From Gemmatimonadota bacterium (GTDB taxonomy: Bacteria; Gemmatimonadota; Gemmatimonadetes; Gemmatimonadales; Gemmatimonadaceae), in contig JARIEV010000001.1 of assembly GCA_031127225.1 (NCBI GenBank), positions 4,930-68,929 on the forward strand: a stretch of DNA of 64,000 bases, given 5' to 3'. The translations under genes and the position numbers were made by a program. This document shows positions 37,473 to 47,674 of this stretch, one piece after another (position 1 is the stretch's first letter; each line of letters starts with the position of its first letter). The notes below the pieces were generated by a model. The model searched no databases. It had not been told where the DNA came from and was given only the letters and a program-made list of their open reading frames with translations.

Positions 37473-38303
37473 TCAGCTTGGCCGTCCGGCACTTGGGCAG
37501 ACGGCCGCAATGACGCAGTCGCCGCAGGCCGGTTTGCGCGCCAGACACACGCGCCGCCCGTGCCAGATCAGCAGGTGGCTGAGCAACGCCCAGTCGTCCT
37601 GTGGAAAGAGCGGCATCAGCGCCCGTTCGATGCCGATCGGATCCGCCTGCCGCGTCAGCCCCAGCCGCCGCGCCAGCCGCTGTACGTGCGTGTCGACCAC
37701 GATCCCCTCGTTGATCGCGAAGGCGTTGCCGAGGATCACATTGGCCGTCTTGCGTCCCACCCCCGGCAGGGCCACGAGGTCGGCGATGGTGCGCGGCACC
37801 TCGCCCCCGTGGTGCGCCACGAGCCGGGTGGCCATCCCCACCAGGCTCTTCGCCTTCGCCCGGAAGAAACCGGTGCTGCGCACGATCTCTTCCACGTCCT
37901 CCAGCTTCGCAGCGCTGAGGGCGGGGGCGTCGGGGTACCGGGCGAAGAGGGCCGGGGTGACCATGTTCACGCGCACGTCCGTGCACTGCGCCGACAAAAT
38001 GGTCGCGCACAGCAGTTCGAACGGATTGCGATAATCGAGCTCGCAATGCGCATCGGGGTACACCCGCTTGAGGTGCGTGAGCACTTCCGCAGCAATGGCC
38101 TGCTTGCCGGCTTTGGTGGTCGGCGAGGCCGCCACCGGCGCGGCGCGCTGCGATGGCTTCTGGCCGAAGGTCGTGGTCATGCGCCGCGCCGGCTTTTGCT
38201 TTGCCGCCGCCCCGGATGGGGTCACCGGCGCCCGCCCCGCCGTTTTCCCGGGCTGTTTCACCGACAACGGCTGACGGGGGGCGCCGCCCCCTGCTCGTGC
38301 CAT
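37473..38303 (-). CDS. nth: Endonuclease III with a basic N-terminal extension
   Basis: LSAQCTD..VN, HhH LPGVGRKTANV, VDTHV.R, C-x6-C-x2-C-x5-C 4Fe-4S motif. Confidence 0.95.
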   Translation of the reverse strand: MARAGGGAPRQPLSVKQPGKTAGRAPVTPSGAAAKQKPARRMTTTFGQKPSQRAAPVAASPTTKAGKQAIAAEVLTHLKRVYPDAHCELDYRNPFELLCATILSAQCTDVRVNMVTPALFARYPDAPALSAAKLEDVEEIVRSTGFFRAKAKSLVGMATRLVAHHGGEVPRTIADLVALPGVGRKTANVILGNAFAINEGIVVDTHVQRLARRLGLTRQADPIGIERALMPLFPQDDWALLSHLLIWHGRRVCLARKPACGDCVIAAVCPSAGRPS

Positions 38304-38312
38304 GCGCGCCGC

Positions 38313-40091
38313 CTACATCACGCGCAGACGCGGTGGTGCCGCCGGCACCACCACCCCTGCCCGGCGCGCCCGCGCGAACGCCAGCACGTCGTCGGCGGAG
38401 CGGGTGTTGAGCACATCCGCCGGCGTGAGCCACCCCTTGCGCGCACTGGCCACTCCCAGCTCGAGATGATCGAGCCCCTGCGGCGAGTGGGCGTCGGGGC
38501 CGATGCTCACCAGCGCCCCGCACTGCTGCGCGATGCGGCAGGCGCGCCAGTCGATGTCGAGCCGGTGCGGATCGGCGTTCAGTTCGACCGCCACGCCGAC
38601 GGCGCCGGCCTTTTCGATGATCGCCGCCAGATCGATGGCGTACGGTTCGCGCGTGAGCAGGAGCCGCCCCGTGGGATGCCCGAGGATCGTGAGATGCGGA
38701 TCGTCGAGCGCCTTCAGCACCCGGTCGGTCATCTGTCGCTCGTTCATGCCATAGCGCGAGTGCACCGAGCCGATCACGAAGTCAAAGCGGTCGAGAAACG
38801 CGGCGTCGTAGTCCACGCGTCCGCACGGCAGGATGTCGGCCTCGATGCCCTTGAGCACCCGGAAGTCCACTCCCTGCGCGGCAAAGTGTGCGTTCAGGGC
38901 GTCGATCTCGTCGTGTTGCCGCAGAATGGCATCGCGCGAGAGGCCGCCGGCGTACGTGTTCGACTGCGAGTGGTCCGACACGCCCAGATAGTGCAGCCCG
39001 CGTGCGCGCGCGGCGGCGGCCATGTCGGTGATCGTGGCGCCGCCGTCGCTGTACTGCGAGTGGCAGTGCAGCGCACCGGCGAGATCCCGCTCGGTGATGA
39101 GCGTGGGAAACGCGCCACGCGCCGCGGCGTCCACTTCACCCGTGGCTTCGCGCTGTTCGGGCGCCACGTACGCCAGACCGAGGGTCGTGTATAACGCGGT
39201 CTCGTCGGGGATCGACACCAGCGCACCGTCGCGGTCGCGTAATTCGTCGCCGGCCAGCACGAAGCCCAGCTGTGCGGCTCGCTCGGTCACCTGCTTCACG
39301 TGCGCGCTACTGCCGGTGGCACGCCAGAGCGCGAGCGCGAACTGTTCGGGACGCACGCAGGACACATCCACGCGCACGCCGTTGTCCAGCCGCAGCGACA
39401 GCGACCGGCCACCGCCACCCAGCACTTCCTGCACCCCGCGCAGCCGCGCGAACGACGCCGCCACCACGCTGGGCGATCCGCGCACGGCGCAGACGAGATC
39501 GACGTCACGCACGAGCTCCATGCGGCGGCGGATCGAGCCGGCGATCGCCAGTTCGAGGACGTCGGGGTGCGACCGGATGGCGTCGGCAATACGCTCCGCC
39601 TCCGCGCGTCCGTGCGGCCACAGCACATACGCCCCGGTCGCGCGCAGATCGGCGATCCCCTTGAGAATCTTGTCGGCCGTTTTGCTGCCGAACCGTGGCA
39701 ACCCTGCCAGACGACCGTCGCGCGCCGCCTGTTCGAGTTCGAGCAGCGTATCGACGTCCAGTCCATCGTGGATGGCGCGGATGCGCGACGGCCCAAGCCC
39801 TGGCACGCGCAGCATTTCCAGCAAGCCTTCGGGGGTCTCCTCCTGCAGGCGCTCCAACAGCGACGAACCGTTGCTGTCGGCGAGGTCCTGCAACACCGCG
39901 ATGGCGGCCGGCGCCAGCCCCTCTCCCACGCCGCCATCGCGCACGAGCGCGGCCGTGAGCGGCGTCTCGCCATGCGATGCGACCACGCGCGCCGCTGCCT
40001 GCATCGCCCGCACCGAAAACCGGTCCTCGTCGTGCAGCTCGAGGAGCGTGGCGATCTGGGTCAGCGCAAAGGCGGCGGAGCGACAGTCCAT
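38313..40091 (-). CDS. polX: Family X DNA polymerase/3'-5' exonuclease with PHP domain
   Basis: HhH VPGLGP, GSIRR...RDVD, PHP motifs HCHS.YSDG, SDHS, GIEADI, GHPTGR, DAH. Confidence 0.92.
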   Translation of the reverse strand: MDCRSAAFALTQIATLLELHDEDRFSVRAMQAAARVVASHGETPLTAALVRDGGVGEGLAPAAIAVLQDLADSNGSSLLERLQEETPEGLLEMLRVPGLGPSRIRAIHDGLDVDTLLELEQAARDGRLAGLPRFGSKTADKILKGIADLRATGAYVLWPHGRAEAERIADAIRSHPDVLELAIAGSIRRRMELVRDVDLVCAVRGSPSVVAASFARLRGVQEVLGGGGRSLSLRLDNGVRVDVSCVRPEQFALALWRATGSSAHVKQVTERAAQLGFVLAGDELRDRDGALVSIPDETALYTTLGLAYVAPEQREATGEVDAAARGAFPTLITERDLAGALHCHSQYSDGGATITDMAAAARARGLHYLGVSDHSQSNTYAGGLSRDAILRQHDEIDALNAHFAAQGVDFRVLKGIEADILPCGRVDYDAAFLDRFDFVIGSVHSRYGMNERQMTDRVLKALDDPHLTILGHPTGRLLLTREPYAIDLAAIIEKAGAVGVAVELNADPHRLDIDWRACRIAQQCGALVSIGPDAHSPQGLDHLELGVASARKGWLTPADVLNTRSADDVLAFARARRAGVVVPAAPPRLRVM

Positions 40092-40146
40092 GTGGGGAAA
40101 TCTAGCGCACGCAGGCCCGTGCGACTGGCCTGCCGCGGAGCACGCC

Positions 40147-40602
40147 CTACCCTTCGATTCCCGCCACGCGCTGCGCCTGTCGCACCAGTTCCACCATCTG
40201 GGCCTCGGTCAGGTCCATCTCCTGTCCCGCCGCCTCGGCGTCCAGCAGTCCGGTGCGCACGCTCACGGCCACCTGATTCAGGTACCGGACCTTGGCGATC
40301 AACTCATTCGTCAGCTGACGCAGCCCGTGAAACCGGCGCTTTTCCGCGTTCGCCCGGCGATAGCGCTGCACCAGCTCCTCCAGCCGCAGGTCGCGCGCGA
40401 GCGTTTCCACGTCGTGCAGCGTGCGACCGGGAATCACCCCGCGGTCAGGGATCCCGCTGTGCTCCCAGTCCGCGTCGGCGAAAAACAGGCGACCCACCAG
40501 TTCGATGCCGTCGTGCGCCGTGTGCAACGTCACGCGGACGGCGCGACCGTCAACCGGAATGGTTGTCAGCGGCGTGAGGGTGACTGGACCGAAGGATACC
40601 AT
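40147..40602 (-). CDS. Hypothetical protein
   Basis: Coding-like codon usage, helical C-terminus, co-oriented with polX; overlaps the upstream hydrolase 3' end by about 53 bp. Confidence 0.6.
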   Translation of the reverse strand: MVSFGPVTLTPLTTIPVDGRAVRVTLHTAHDGIELVGRLFFADADWEHSGIPDRGVIPGRTLHDVETLARDLRLEELVQRYRRANAEKRRFHGLRQLTNELIAKVRYLNQVAVSVRTGLLDAEAAGQEMDLTEAQMVELVRQAQRVAGIEG

Positions 40603-41464
40603 GAGGCTCCGCAAGGAATCGACGTATGGCCGCAAAGAGCAGCGCGGGTTGCTCGACGTACGGCACATGGCCGCAGTCGTCCAGCGTCACGAATTCAGCG
40701 CCGAGGGCCTGTGCGGCGGCGGCGGCTGATGCGAGGGGGATCGGATCCTGTTGTCCATGAATGACGAGCGTCGGGCAGCGGACGGCACGCAGCGCCAGCG
40801 TCAGATCGAAATCGCCGAGGCTGGTCCATACCGACTGCTGCACGCGGCCGGTGACGCGGAAGGGTGTCAGGGCGCGTGCACGCACCGGATCCGCGAAATA
40901 GCCGGCCACGCTCAGCTCGAAGCTCCGTTGACGATACGCCGCCGGATCCGATTCACGCAGCCCTGACGCCGCCAACGCCTCGCGCATCCCCTGAATCGCA
41001 GCGCTCCGACCGCGCATGGCCAGTGACGACTCGAATTCGTCCCGCCACGCGCGCGTGATCGGCGCTGGAGACAGCAGCACCAGTCGTGCCGGTGCGTGAC
41101 GCGCGTCACGCGCTGCCGGATCGCGCGTGCAGGCGACGGCGTACAGCATGGCCAGCAAGGCGCCCCACGAGTAGCCGATGATCGTGGGCGCGGTGAGACC
41201 GAACTCGGCGATCACCTGTGCCAGATCCTCCACCTGTGTCTGCCACGTGATCGGCGTCGGGTCGTCCGTCTTCGAGCGACCGCCACCCCGCTGATCGTAG
41301 GTGATCACGCGACAGTGCTCGGCCAGCGCCAGCATCTGCGGGTACAGGTAATCGTGGTGCGCGCCCGGCCCACCGTGCAGCAGCAGCACCGGCGGGGCAC
41401 CCGGCGGTCCATCCGCGCGCCAATACAGGGGCACGTCGGTGGTCTGCGTGAACCCATCGGTCAT
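40550..41464 (-). CDS. Alpha/beta hydrolase, proline iminopeptidase-like
   Basis: LHGGPG, YDQRG.GRS, GYSWG nucleophile elbow, G.QDP, CGH. Confidence 0.88.
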   Translation of the reverse strand: MTDGFTQTTDVPLYWRADGPPGAPPVLLLHGGPGAHHDYLYPQMLALAEHCRVITYDQRGGGRSKTDDPTPITWQTQVEDLAQVIAEFGLTAPTIIGYSWGALLAMLYAVACTRDPAARDARHAPARLVLLSPAPITRAWRDEFESSLAMRGRSAAIQGMREALAASGLRESDPAAYRQRSFELSVAGYFADPVRARALTPFRVTGRVQQSVWTSLGDFDLTLALRAVRCPTLVIHGQQDPIPLASAAAAAQALGAEFVTLDDCGHVPYVEQPALLFAAIRRFLAEPHGILRSSHPHAADNHSG

Positions 41465-41594
41465 GATATTTGCTTCATGCTCGGCCATCATCGCCGCGCC
41501 GCCGTCGTGGAGTGTGCCATGTGATGAAATCTTATCGCGTGCAACCCGTCGCTGCCTATCGCCTCCGTGCAGCGACATTCGTAACTTCCGTTCC

Positions 41595-43274
41595 ATGCAA
41601 CCACTGGGCTATCGACGCAGCATACCAGGTGCCGGCGACAGCGGTGCGGGGAAGGCCCCGCCCGACAGTCGCGCCTCGCGCGTGATCGCGCGGGCGCTGG
41701 CGTTGCTCGTCGATCGGGTGGTGACGGTGCAGGGGATGCGTCCCGGGCCGCGAACCACCGAAATCGACGCGGAGTTGGTCATGCAGCCGCTCGTGCGCGA
41801 TGCGCTGCGGCAGCTCACCGCGCGTTCCCGCGAGGCCGCGCTGCGCTGCCGGGTGATTGAGGGGCAGCTGGTGCTCGAGGGTGTTCCCGTCGAACGTCGC
41901 CTCACCGAGGATGATCCGCTGCTTGGGGGATTGCTGCACCGCCTGCTCAGCCTCGGCATCGGGACGGTGACGGTGCGGCAGGGTGCGTCGCCCGGCGAAC
42001 TGCTCACCCTTGCCTCTCTGCTGTCGCAGACGCCACTGCCCGGTGAAGCGCCGATCCCGCTGTCGGGTGACACGCCCACCACGATGAACCGCGCCGTCAC
42101 GGCCGACGAGCCGCTGCGCGAACTGCTGCGCTCGTGGAGTGTGCTCGTCACGCGGGAGCCTCCGGGGCGCGACGCCGTGCGCGAGGCCGTGCGCGATCCC
42201 ATGCGGGGCACTCCGTGGAGCGTGGCGGCCATCGACGAGGCGTCCGTCACCATGAGCACCTCCGGCGGCAGTGCGGTTGCGGCGGCGCTGACACGACTCG
42301 CGGCCGCGCGCACCGACGGTGCCACGGTGGCGGCGGGCGACCTGCTGGTCGAACTGATCGACAACGCCGAGCGGCGCGGTGACGCGCTCACAATCGAGTC
42401 TATCGCGCGGGCTGCCATGCAGCATGTGCATGCCGTGCACGCGGGCGGTGGCCGCCTGGGCGGCGAGCGTATCGTCCGACGGCTGCTGCATCGCACGTCG
42501 CTGCAGCTGCTCGCCACGCGCGTCCCCTTCACGACCGAGCGCACCGTGGTGCTCGAGTTGATGGCCCGCGCGGGTGACGCCGCCGTGGAACTCCTCGTGC
42601 AGCAACTGCTGTCCTCCACCGAATCCCAGGCGCGGCGGGCGTTTTTCGACAGCGTGGTCGCGCTCGATCTCAACGCCACGCTCTTGATTGACTTGGTGCG
42701 CGACAGCCGGTGGTTCGTGGTGCGCAACGCGGTCGCCCTGCTGGGCGAGATGGGCGTCGATCAGGCCGACACGGCCATGTTGCCGCTCCTTGCCCACGAA
42801 GACGACCGCATTCGGATTGCCGCCGCCCGGGCGCTGATGCGCTTCGGGACCGCCAAGGCGATTCAGGGGCTGCACGGCGTCATCGACGACCGGCATCCGG
42901 AAGTGCGTCGCATCGCCGCGGCGGCGTATGGGCTGCCGGGCACCGGCCCCGGCGGCGCGCGTCCACAAGCCGCCCGCCTCTCCGCGGCACTCGACAAGGA
43001 ACCGAACGACGACGTCGCGCTCGAAATGCTGGCCTCGCTCGGCAAGCTGGGCAGCGCTGACGCGATCCAGCGTTTGTTGCGCATTGCGCAACCTGTGGCG
43101 GCCGAGCCCGGCGAACGCGCCGTCGCGCGTGATGCCTGGATGCGCATCGCCGCGCTGGAGTCGCTGGTGCGCGCGCGCGGTGGCGCGGTGCTTCCTGCTA
43201 TTGAGTCGCTCGTGGGTGACGCCGATCCCGAAGTGGCCGCGGCGGTGATGCGTTTGCGGGCGTCGCTCTCGTAG
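41595..43274 (+). CDS. HEAT-repeat domain protein
   Basis: DSRWFVVRNAVALLGEM, HEDDRIRIAAARAL, DRHPEVRRIAA, DADPEV. Confidence 0.75.
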   Translation: MQPLGYRRSIPGAGDSGAGKAPPDSRASRVIARALALLVDRVVTVQGMRPGPRTTEIDAELVMQPLVRDALRQLTARSREAALRCRVIEGQLVLEGVPVERRLTEDDPLLGGLLHRLLSLGIGTVTVRQGASPGELLTLASLLSQTPLPGEAPIPLSGDTPTTMNRAVTADEPLRELLRSWSVLVTREPPGRDAVREAVRDPMRGTPWSVAAIDEASVTMSTSGGSAVAAALTRLAAARTDGATVAAGDLLVELIDNAERRGDALTIESIARAAMQHVHAVHAGGGRLGGERIVRRLLHRTSLQLLATRVPFTTERTVVLELMARAGDAAVELLVQQLLSSTESQARRAFFDSVVALDLNATLLIDLVRDSRWFVVRNAVALLGEMGVDQADTAMLPLLAHEDDRIRIAAARALMRFGTAKAIQGLHGVIDDRHPEVRRIAAAAYGLPGTGPGGARPQAARLSAALDKEPNDDVALEMLASLGKLGSADAIQRLLRIAQPVAAEPGERAVARDAWMRIAALESLVRARGGAVLPAIESLVGDADPEVAAAVMRLRASLS

Positions 43275-43302
43275 CTGCCGCGACGGGAGCGACAGCCGCC
43301 GG

Positions 43303-44370
43303 TTACCGCGCGGTGAAGTCGGTCTCGTGCGTCACCATACGGCACGTCTCCGCGATCAGTTCGGCGGCGCGGTCCAGATCATGCAGCGACACCAGTTCGT
43401 TGGGCGAGTGCATGTAGCGGTTCGGAATCGAGAGCAACGCCGTCGCCACACCGTCGCGCGTGAGATGAATCGCATCGGCGTCAGTGCTGGTGAACCGGCC
43501 GGCCGCATGCACCGAGTAGGGGATCTCGAGCCGCGCGGCGGTATCGGCCAGCAGACGGAACACCACCGGACTCACCACCGATCCGCGCGTCAGCACCGGA
43601 CCGCCGCCCACCGAGTGCTCGCCGAGTTCTTTCTTTTCCACGCCGGGGTGATCGGTGGCAAAGGTCACGTCCACCGCGATCGCCATCGCCGCGTCGAGTT
43701 GCTGCGCCGCCACGCGCGCGCCACCACCCGCGTAACCGATCTCCTCCTGCGCCGTCGCGGCCGCGATCACGCGCGCCGCCCCCGGCTTTTCGGCATAGCG
43801 GCGCAACGCCTCGAGCACCACAAAGGCCCCGATGCGATCGTCGATGGCGCGCGAGACGATGCGGCCGTTCGGCAGCTCCAGCAGTCGCGCGTCGATCACG
43901 CCCGCGTCGCCGATCTCCAGATGCTCCATCGCTTCGGCCTTCGTGGTCACGCCGATGTCGACCCACAGATCGGTGATCTTCGACGCCTTCTCACGCTCCT
44001 CCGGCTTCATGAGGTGGATCGGCTTCTTCCCGATCACACCGAACACGTCACCGTGGCGGCCCAGAAAGCGCATCCGCTGCGCGACCAGCACCTGTGGATC
44101 CCAGCCGCCGATGGGCTCGAAGTAGATAAACCCGTGCTCGTCGATATACGTCACGATCACGCCGATCTCATCGATGTGCCCGGCGAGCAGAATCGTGGGT
44201 CCCCCGCTCCCCTCCACGGTGGCGAGACTGTTTCCCACGACGTCGGCTTTCACCGAGGAGAACGCAGCGGCTTCGGCGCGCCAGACGCGGGCCGGTGCGC
44301 CTTCGAAGCCCGACGGACCGGGCGTGTCGAGCAGGCGCTTCAGGAAGGCAACGGAGGATTCGGAGAGCAT
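43303..44370 (-). CDS. M42 family metallo-aminopeptidase
   Basis: AGHIDEIG, IGGWD, DDRIG, QEEIG, AVDVT, TDAD, RYMHSP.E. Confidence 0.93.
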   Translation of the reverse strand: MLSESSVAFLKRLLDTPGPSGFEGAPARVWRAEAAAFSSVKADVVGNSLATVEGSGGPTILLAGHIDEIGVIVTYIDEHGFIYFEPIGGWDPQVLVAQRMRFLGRHGDVFGVIGKKPIHLMKPEEREKASKITDLWVDIGVTTKAEAMEHLEIGDAGVIDARLLELPNGRIVSRAIDDRIGAFVVLEALRRYAEKPGAARVIAAATAQEEIGYAGGGARVAAQQLDAAMAIAVDVTFATDHPGVEKKELGEHSVGGGPVLTRGSVVSPVVFRLLADTAARLEIPYSVHAAGRFTSTDADAIHLTRDGVATALLSIPNRYMHSPNELVSLHDLDRAAELIAETCRMVTHETDFTAR

Positions 44371-44399
44371 TACGGGAATATAGGTGCTATTCTTGACAG

Positions 44400-44756
44400 A
44401 TGATCCTCCTTCTCCTCGCCATCGGCGTCGGGGCCGGCGTGCTCTCGGGCATCTTCGGGATCGGCGGCGGCATCGTGATCGTGCCGGCGCTCATCTATCT
44501 CGCGAAGATGACCCCGCAGCAGGCCGCCGGCACCTCACTCGCCGCTCTGGTGCTGCCCCTCGGTGCCGCCATCGGCGCCGCCACGTACTACCGCGCCGGG
44601 CATCTGCAGCTCATGGACGCGCTGCTGATCGCTGTGGGCATGGCCGCCGGCGCGTACTTCGGTGCGCAGATCGCCACGCACGTGGATGCCACGATACTCC
44701 GGCGCGCCTTTGCGTTGCTGATGGTGGGGATGGCGGTGAAGCTGTGGGTGGGGTGA
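44400..44756 (+). CDS. Half-size TSUP (TauE/SafE) family membrane protein
   Basis: G.LSGIFGIGGGIVIVP, AAGTSL; four TM helices. Confidence 0.85.
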   Translation: MILLLLAIGVGAGVLSGIFGIGGGIVIVPALIYLAKMTPQQAAGTSLAALVLPLGAAIGAATYYRAGHLQLMDALLIAVGMAAGAYFGAQIATHVDATILRRAFALLMVGMAVKLWVG

Positions 44757-44881
44757 AACTGCCAACTGCCTAGTGAGCAGGGAGGAGAATACCAGGAAGG
44801 AGGAGGCAGGAGCTCGACGCGGCTGTCCTGCGTTCTCCACCCTGATCGCCTCCTCCCTGCTTCCTTGGCAGTTGGCCGTTT
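44756..44881. repeat. About 125-bp intergenic imperfect hairpin (REP/MITE-like)
   Basis: AAACTGCCAACTGCC/GGCAGTTGGCCGTTT outer arms, AGCAGGGAGGAG/CTCCTCCCTGCT inner arms, GCAGGA/TCCTGC core. Confidence 0.75.
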
Positions 44882-44883
44882 GT

Positions 44884-45786
44884 TCACCGCACCCGCTCCG
44901 CGTGCCGCCCATCAATCGCCGTGAACAGCGACGGATTAAAGATCCGCGCCATCGCCTCGATGCCGTCCACGATGCGTGGCCCCGGTCGGCTCACGAGCCC
45001 GTTGGCATCGAGCGCCCACACCGCCCGTCCCTGCAGCCAGGCCCATTGCGGCAGCGCCAGACACCGCGTCGCCTCTGCCACTGACGCCGCGAGCGAATAG
45101 CCGCACGGCGCGAAGAGCACGATCTGCGGGTCGGCCGCGATCAACGCCGGCATCTCGACGGTCACCGAGTGCGCGCCGGCCGTGCCGTACGCATCGCGGC
45201 CACCGGCACGCGCGATCTGCTCGGGGCCCCAGTGGCCCGCCACGTACACCGGGTCGGTCCACTCCAGCAGCAGGACGCGCGGACGCGGGGCCTTGGCGGC
45301 TTTCAGGATGTCGTGCACATGCTTCACGCGATCGCGCAGCCCCGCCAGCAGTTCATCCGCCTCATCGCCGGCCTGCATCGCATCGGCGACGGCACGGATG
45401 TCGGCGTAGACGCCGTCCAGCGTCGTGCCCCCCAGCGTCACGATGCGCGGCACCGGCGACAGCTGCTCGGCCAAGGCGCGCACGTCGGTTTCACTGATCG
45501 CGCACACGTCGCACAGTGCCTGTGTGAGCAGCACGTCGGGGTGCAGCGCGCGAATGCGCGTCTCGTCCATGGTGTACAGCGCGTGTCCCGCACCATGAAG
45601 CTCCCGCACCGCGGCGTCGATCACCGCCGGATCGCTCGAGTGCGGCACGCTGCTCTTCGTGACCCGCGCGCGCGACACCACGATCTCGGGGTAATCACAT
45701 TCGTGCGTCACACCCACGAGATGGTCCGTGGCGCCGAGGAAGGCCATGATTTCCGTGGCAGCGGGGAGCAGGGAGACGGTGCGCAT
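44884..45786 (-). CDS. BtuF-like (cobalamin/Fe-siderophore binding fold) protein without a signal peptide
   Basis: RTVSLLPAATEI, VGVTHECDYP, TQALCDVCA, LEW.DP...GHW, RPGPRIVDGIE. Confidence 0.8.
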   Translation of the reverse strand: MRTVSLLPAATEIMAFLGATDHLVGVTHECDYPEIVVSRARVTKSSVPHSSDPAVIDAAVRELHGAGHALYTMDETRIRALHPDVLLTQALCDVCAISETDVRALAEQLSPVPRIVTLGGTTLDGVYADIRAVADAMQAGDEADELLAGLRDRVKHVHDILKAAKAPRPRVLLLEWTDPVYVAGHWGPEQIARAGGRDAYGTAGAHSVTVEMPALIAADPQIVLFAPCGYSLAASVAEATRCLALPQWAWLQGRAVWALDANGLVSRPGPRIVDGIEAMARIFNPSLFTAIDGRHAERVR

Positions 45787-45791
45787 ACCCG

Positions 45792-47477
45792 CTACCTCGC
45801 CGCCTCGTACACCGCCTTCCCACCCACCCACGTCGACACCACCTTCGTCTTCATCACCATCTCGCTCGGCACGCGCATGATGTCGGTGTCGAGAATGACG
45901 AAGTCGGCCAGCTTGCCGGCCGTGATCGAGCCCATCGACGATTCCTGGAAGCCCGAGTAGGCCGGCCAGATCGTCATGCTGCGCAGCGCGTCCTCGCGCG
46001 ACATCTTCTGCTCCGGGAACCAGCCACCGGCCGGCCAGTCGCGGGCGTCCTGACGCGCGATCGACGCGTGGAACGAGATCAGCGGATTCACCTGCTCCAC
46101 CGGGAAGTCACTGCCGTTCGGAATCACCACGCCCGTCTGCAGCAGCGACTGCCACGCATACGCGCCATACAGACGCGTGGGGCCCAGGCGCTTGCCGATC
46201 CAGTACATGTCGCTGGTCTGATGACTGGCCTGCATGCTGGGAATCACACCGAGCTGCGCAAAACGCGGGATGTCGTCGTAATGCAGAATCTGCGCGTGTT
46301 CCACACGGAAGCGATGGTCGACGCTCGGCACCGTCTTGAGCGCCTGCTCGTACGCGTCGAGCACCACGCGATTGCCGCGGTCGCCGATGGCGTGCGAATT
46401 GATCTGGAACCCCGCCTTGAGCCCACGTTCGGCCACCTCGCGGATGTGCTCTTGCGTGCTCTTGAGCAATCCCGAGTTGTTCGGGTCGTCGCTGTACGGC
46501 TCCAGCAACGCGGCACCACGCGAGCCCATCGCGCCGTCGGCGTACAGCTTCACGGCGCGCACCCATAGCTGCCCGTCGTACATCGCCGACTGCGGTCCCT
46601 TCGCGAAGTAATGGTCGAGCGCCGTCTTGTCGTCGCCGATCATCACGTACAAGCGCAGGTTCAACTCCTTCGCCTTGGCCAGCTCCTCGTACGTGTCGAT
46701 CGCCGTGCGCGTGGCGCCCGCGTCGTGCATGCCGGTGAGTCCCCAGCTGTGCATCACCGCGATCGCTTCCTTGAGCGCGCTCTTGTACTCGGCCGCCGTG
46801 GGCGCCGGCACTTTGGCTTCGAGCACGTCGCTGGCATTGTCCACGAACACACCCGTGGGATTGCCCTTGGCATCCTTGATGATCTGCCCGCCCACCGGCG
46901 CCTTCGAGGCGGCGGTCACACCGGCCGCCTTCATCGCGGCCATGTTGGCGTACGTCGCGTGCCCGTCCACCCGCTCCAGCAGCACCGGATGATCGGGGAG
47001 CGCCGCCGTGAGCGCGTCGTGCGTGGGGAAGTCCGTCACGCCCCAGTCATTCTGGTCCCACCCCCGGCCCGTGATCCACGTGCCCGCGGGTACCGACTTC
47101 GACTTGGCCACCACCCGCGCGATCACCTCGGCCAGGCTGTTGGTGCCCGTGAGGTCCACCGACCGCAGCGTCTGGGCCAGCCCGCTGAAGTGCGCGTGCG
47201 CGTCCACCATGCCCGGGATCACCGTGCGTCCACCGGCGTCCACCACGCGGGTGTTCGGTCCTTTGAGCACGGCGGCTTCGCGCTGCGAGCCCACGAAGGC
47301 GATGCGTCCGTCGCGCACCGCAAACGCCTCGACCAGCGGGCGGGCGTCGTCGGCGGTGTAGACACGCGCGTTGGTGACGATCAGGTCGGCGGGCGCCTTG
47401 GGGGCCACCGTCTGAGCCGACAGGGCAAGCGGCGCCGCGAGCACGGCGGCGCCGAGGAGAGTGCGAAAAGCGATCAT
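45792..47477 (-). CDS. Secreted amidohydrolase 3 (YtcJ-like)
   Basis: Signal peptide, PGMVDAHAH, KLYADGAMGSRGA, HAIGD, RVEHAQ, GSDFPVE, GKLADFV. Confidence 0.9.
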   Translation of the reverse strand: MIAFRTLLGAAVLAAPLALSAQTVAPKAPADLIVTNARVYTADDARPLVEAFAVRDGRIAFVGSQREAAVLKGPNTRVVDAGGRTVIPGMVDAHAHFSGLAQTLRSVDLTGTNSLAEVIARVVAKSKSVPAGTWITGRGWDQNDWGVTDFPTHDALTAALPDHPVLLERVDGHATYANMAAMKAAGVTAASKAPVGGQIIKDAKGNPTGVFVDNASDVLEAKVPAPTAAEYKSALKEAIAVMHSWGLTGMHDAGATRTAIDTYEELAKAKELNLRLYVMIGDDKTALDHYFAKGPQSAMYDGQLWVRAVKLYADGAMGSRGAALLEPYSDDPNNSGLLKSTQEHIREVAERGLKAGFQINSHAIGDRGNRVVLDAYEQALKTVPSVDHRFRVEHAQILHYDDIPRFAQLGVIPSMQASHQTSDMYWIGKRLGPTRLYGAYAWQSLLQTGVVIPNGSDFPVEQVNPLISFHASIARQDARDWPAGGWFPEQKMSREDALRSMTIWPAYSGFQESSMGSITAGKLADFVILDTDIMRVPSEMVMKTKVVSTWVGGKAVYEAAR

Positions 47478-47564
47478 GAAGCCGGGGTAGGAGGGTCGGC
47501 TCAGTTTGCGCCCCGGCGGGGCGCGGGGCAAGGTTCGGCCCAATCACGCCGAATCCGCGGGGGG

Positions 47565-47610
47565 ATGGTATGGAAAAGTTTGGTTAAATGGTATGGAAAA
47601 AACTGGTCAA
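47565..47610. repeat. AT-rich 23-bp tandem direct repeat (possible regulatory site)
   Basis: ATGGTATGGAAAAGTTTGGTTAA / ATGGTATGGAAAAAACTGGTCAA. Confidence 0.65.
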
Positions 47611-47674
47611 ATCGTCGCTCGACGATGCACAGTAGCGCGCGCTGGCGTAGGCATTGCCGGAGCAAGCGCTTCGT

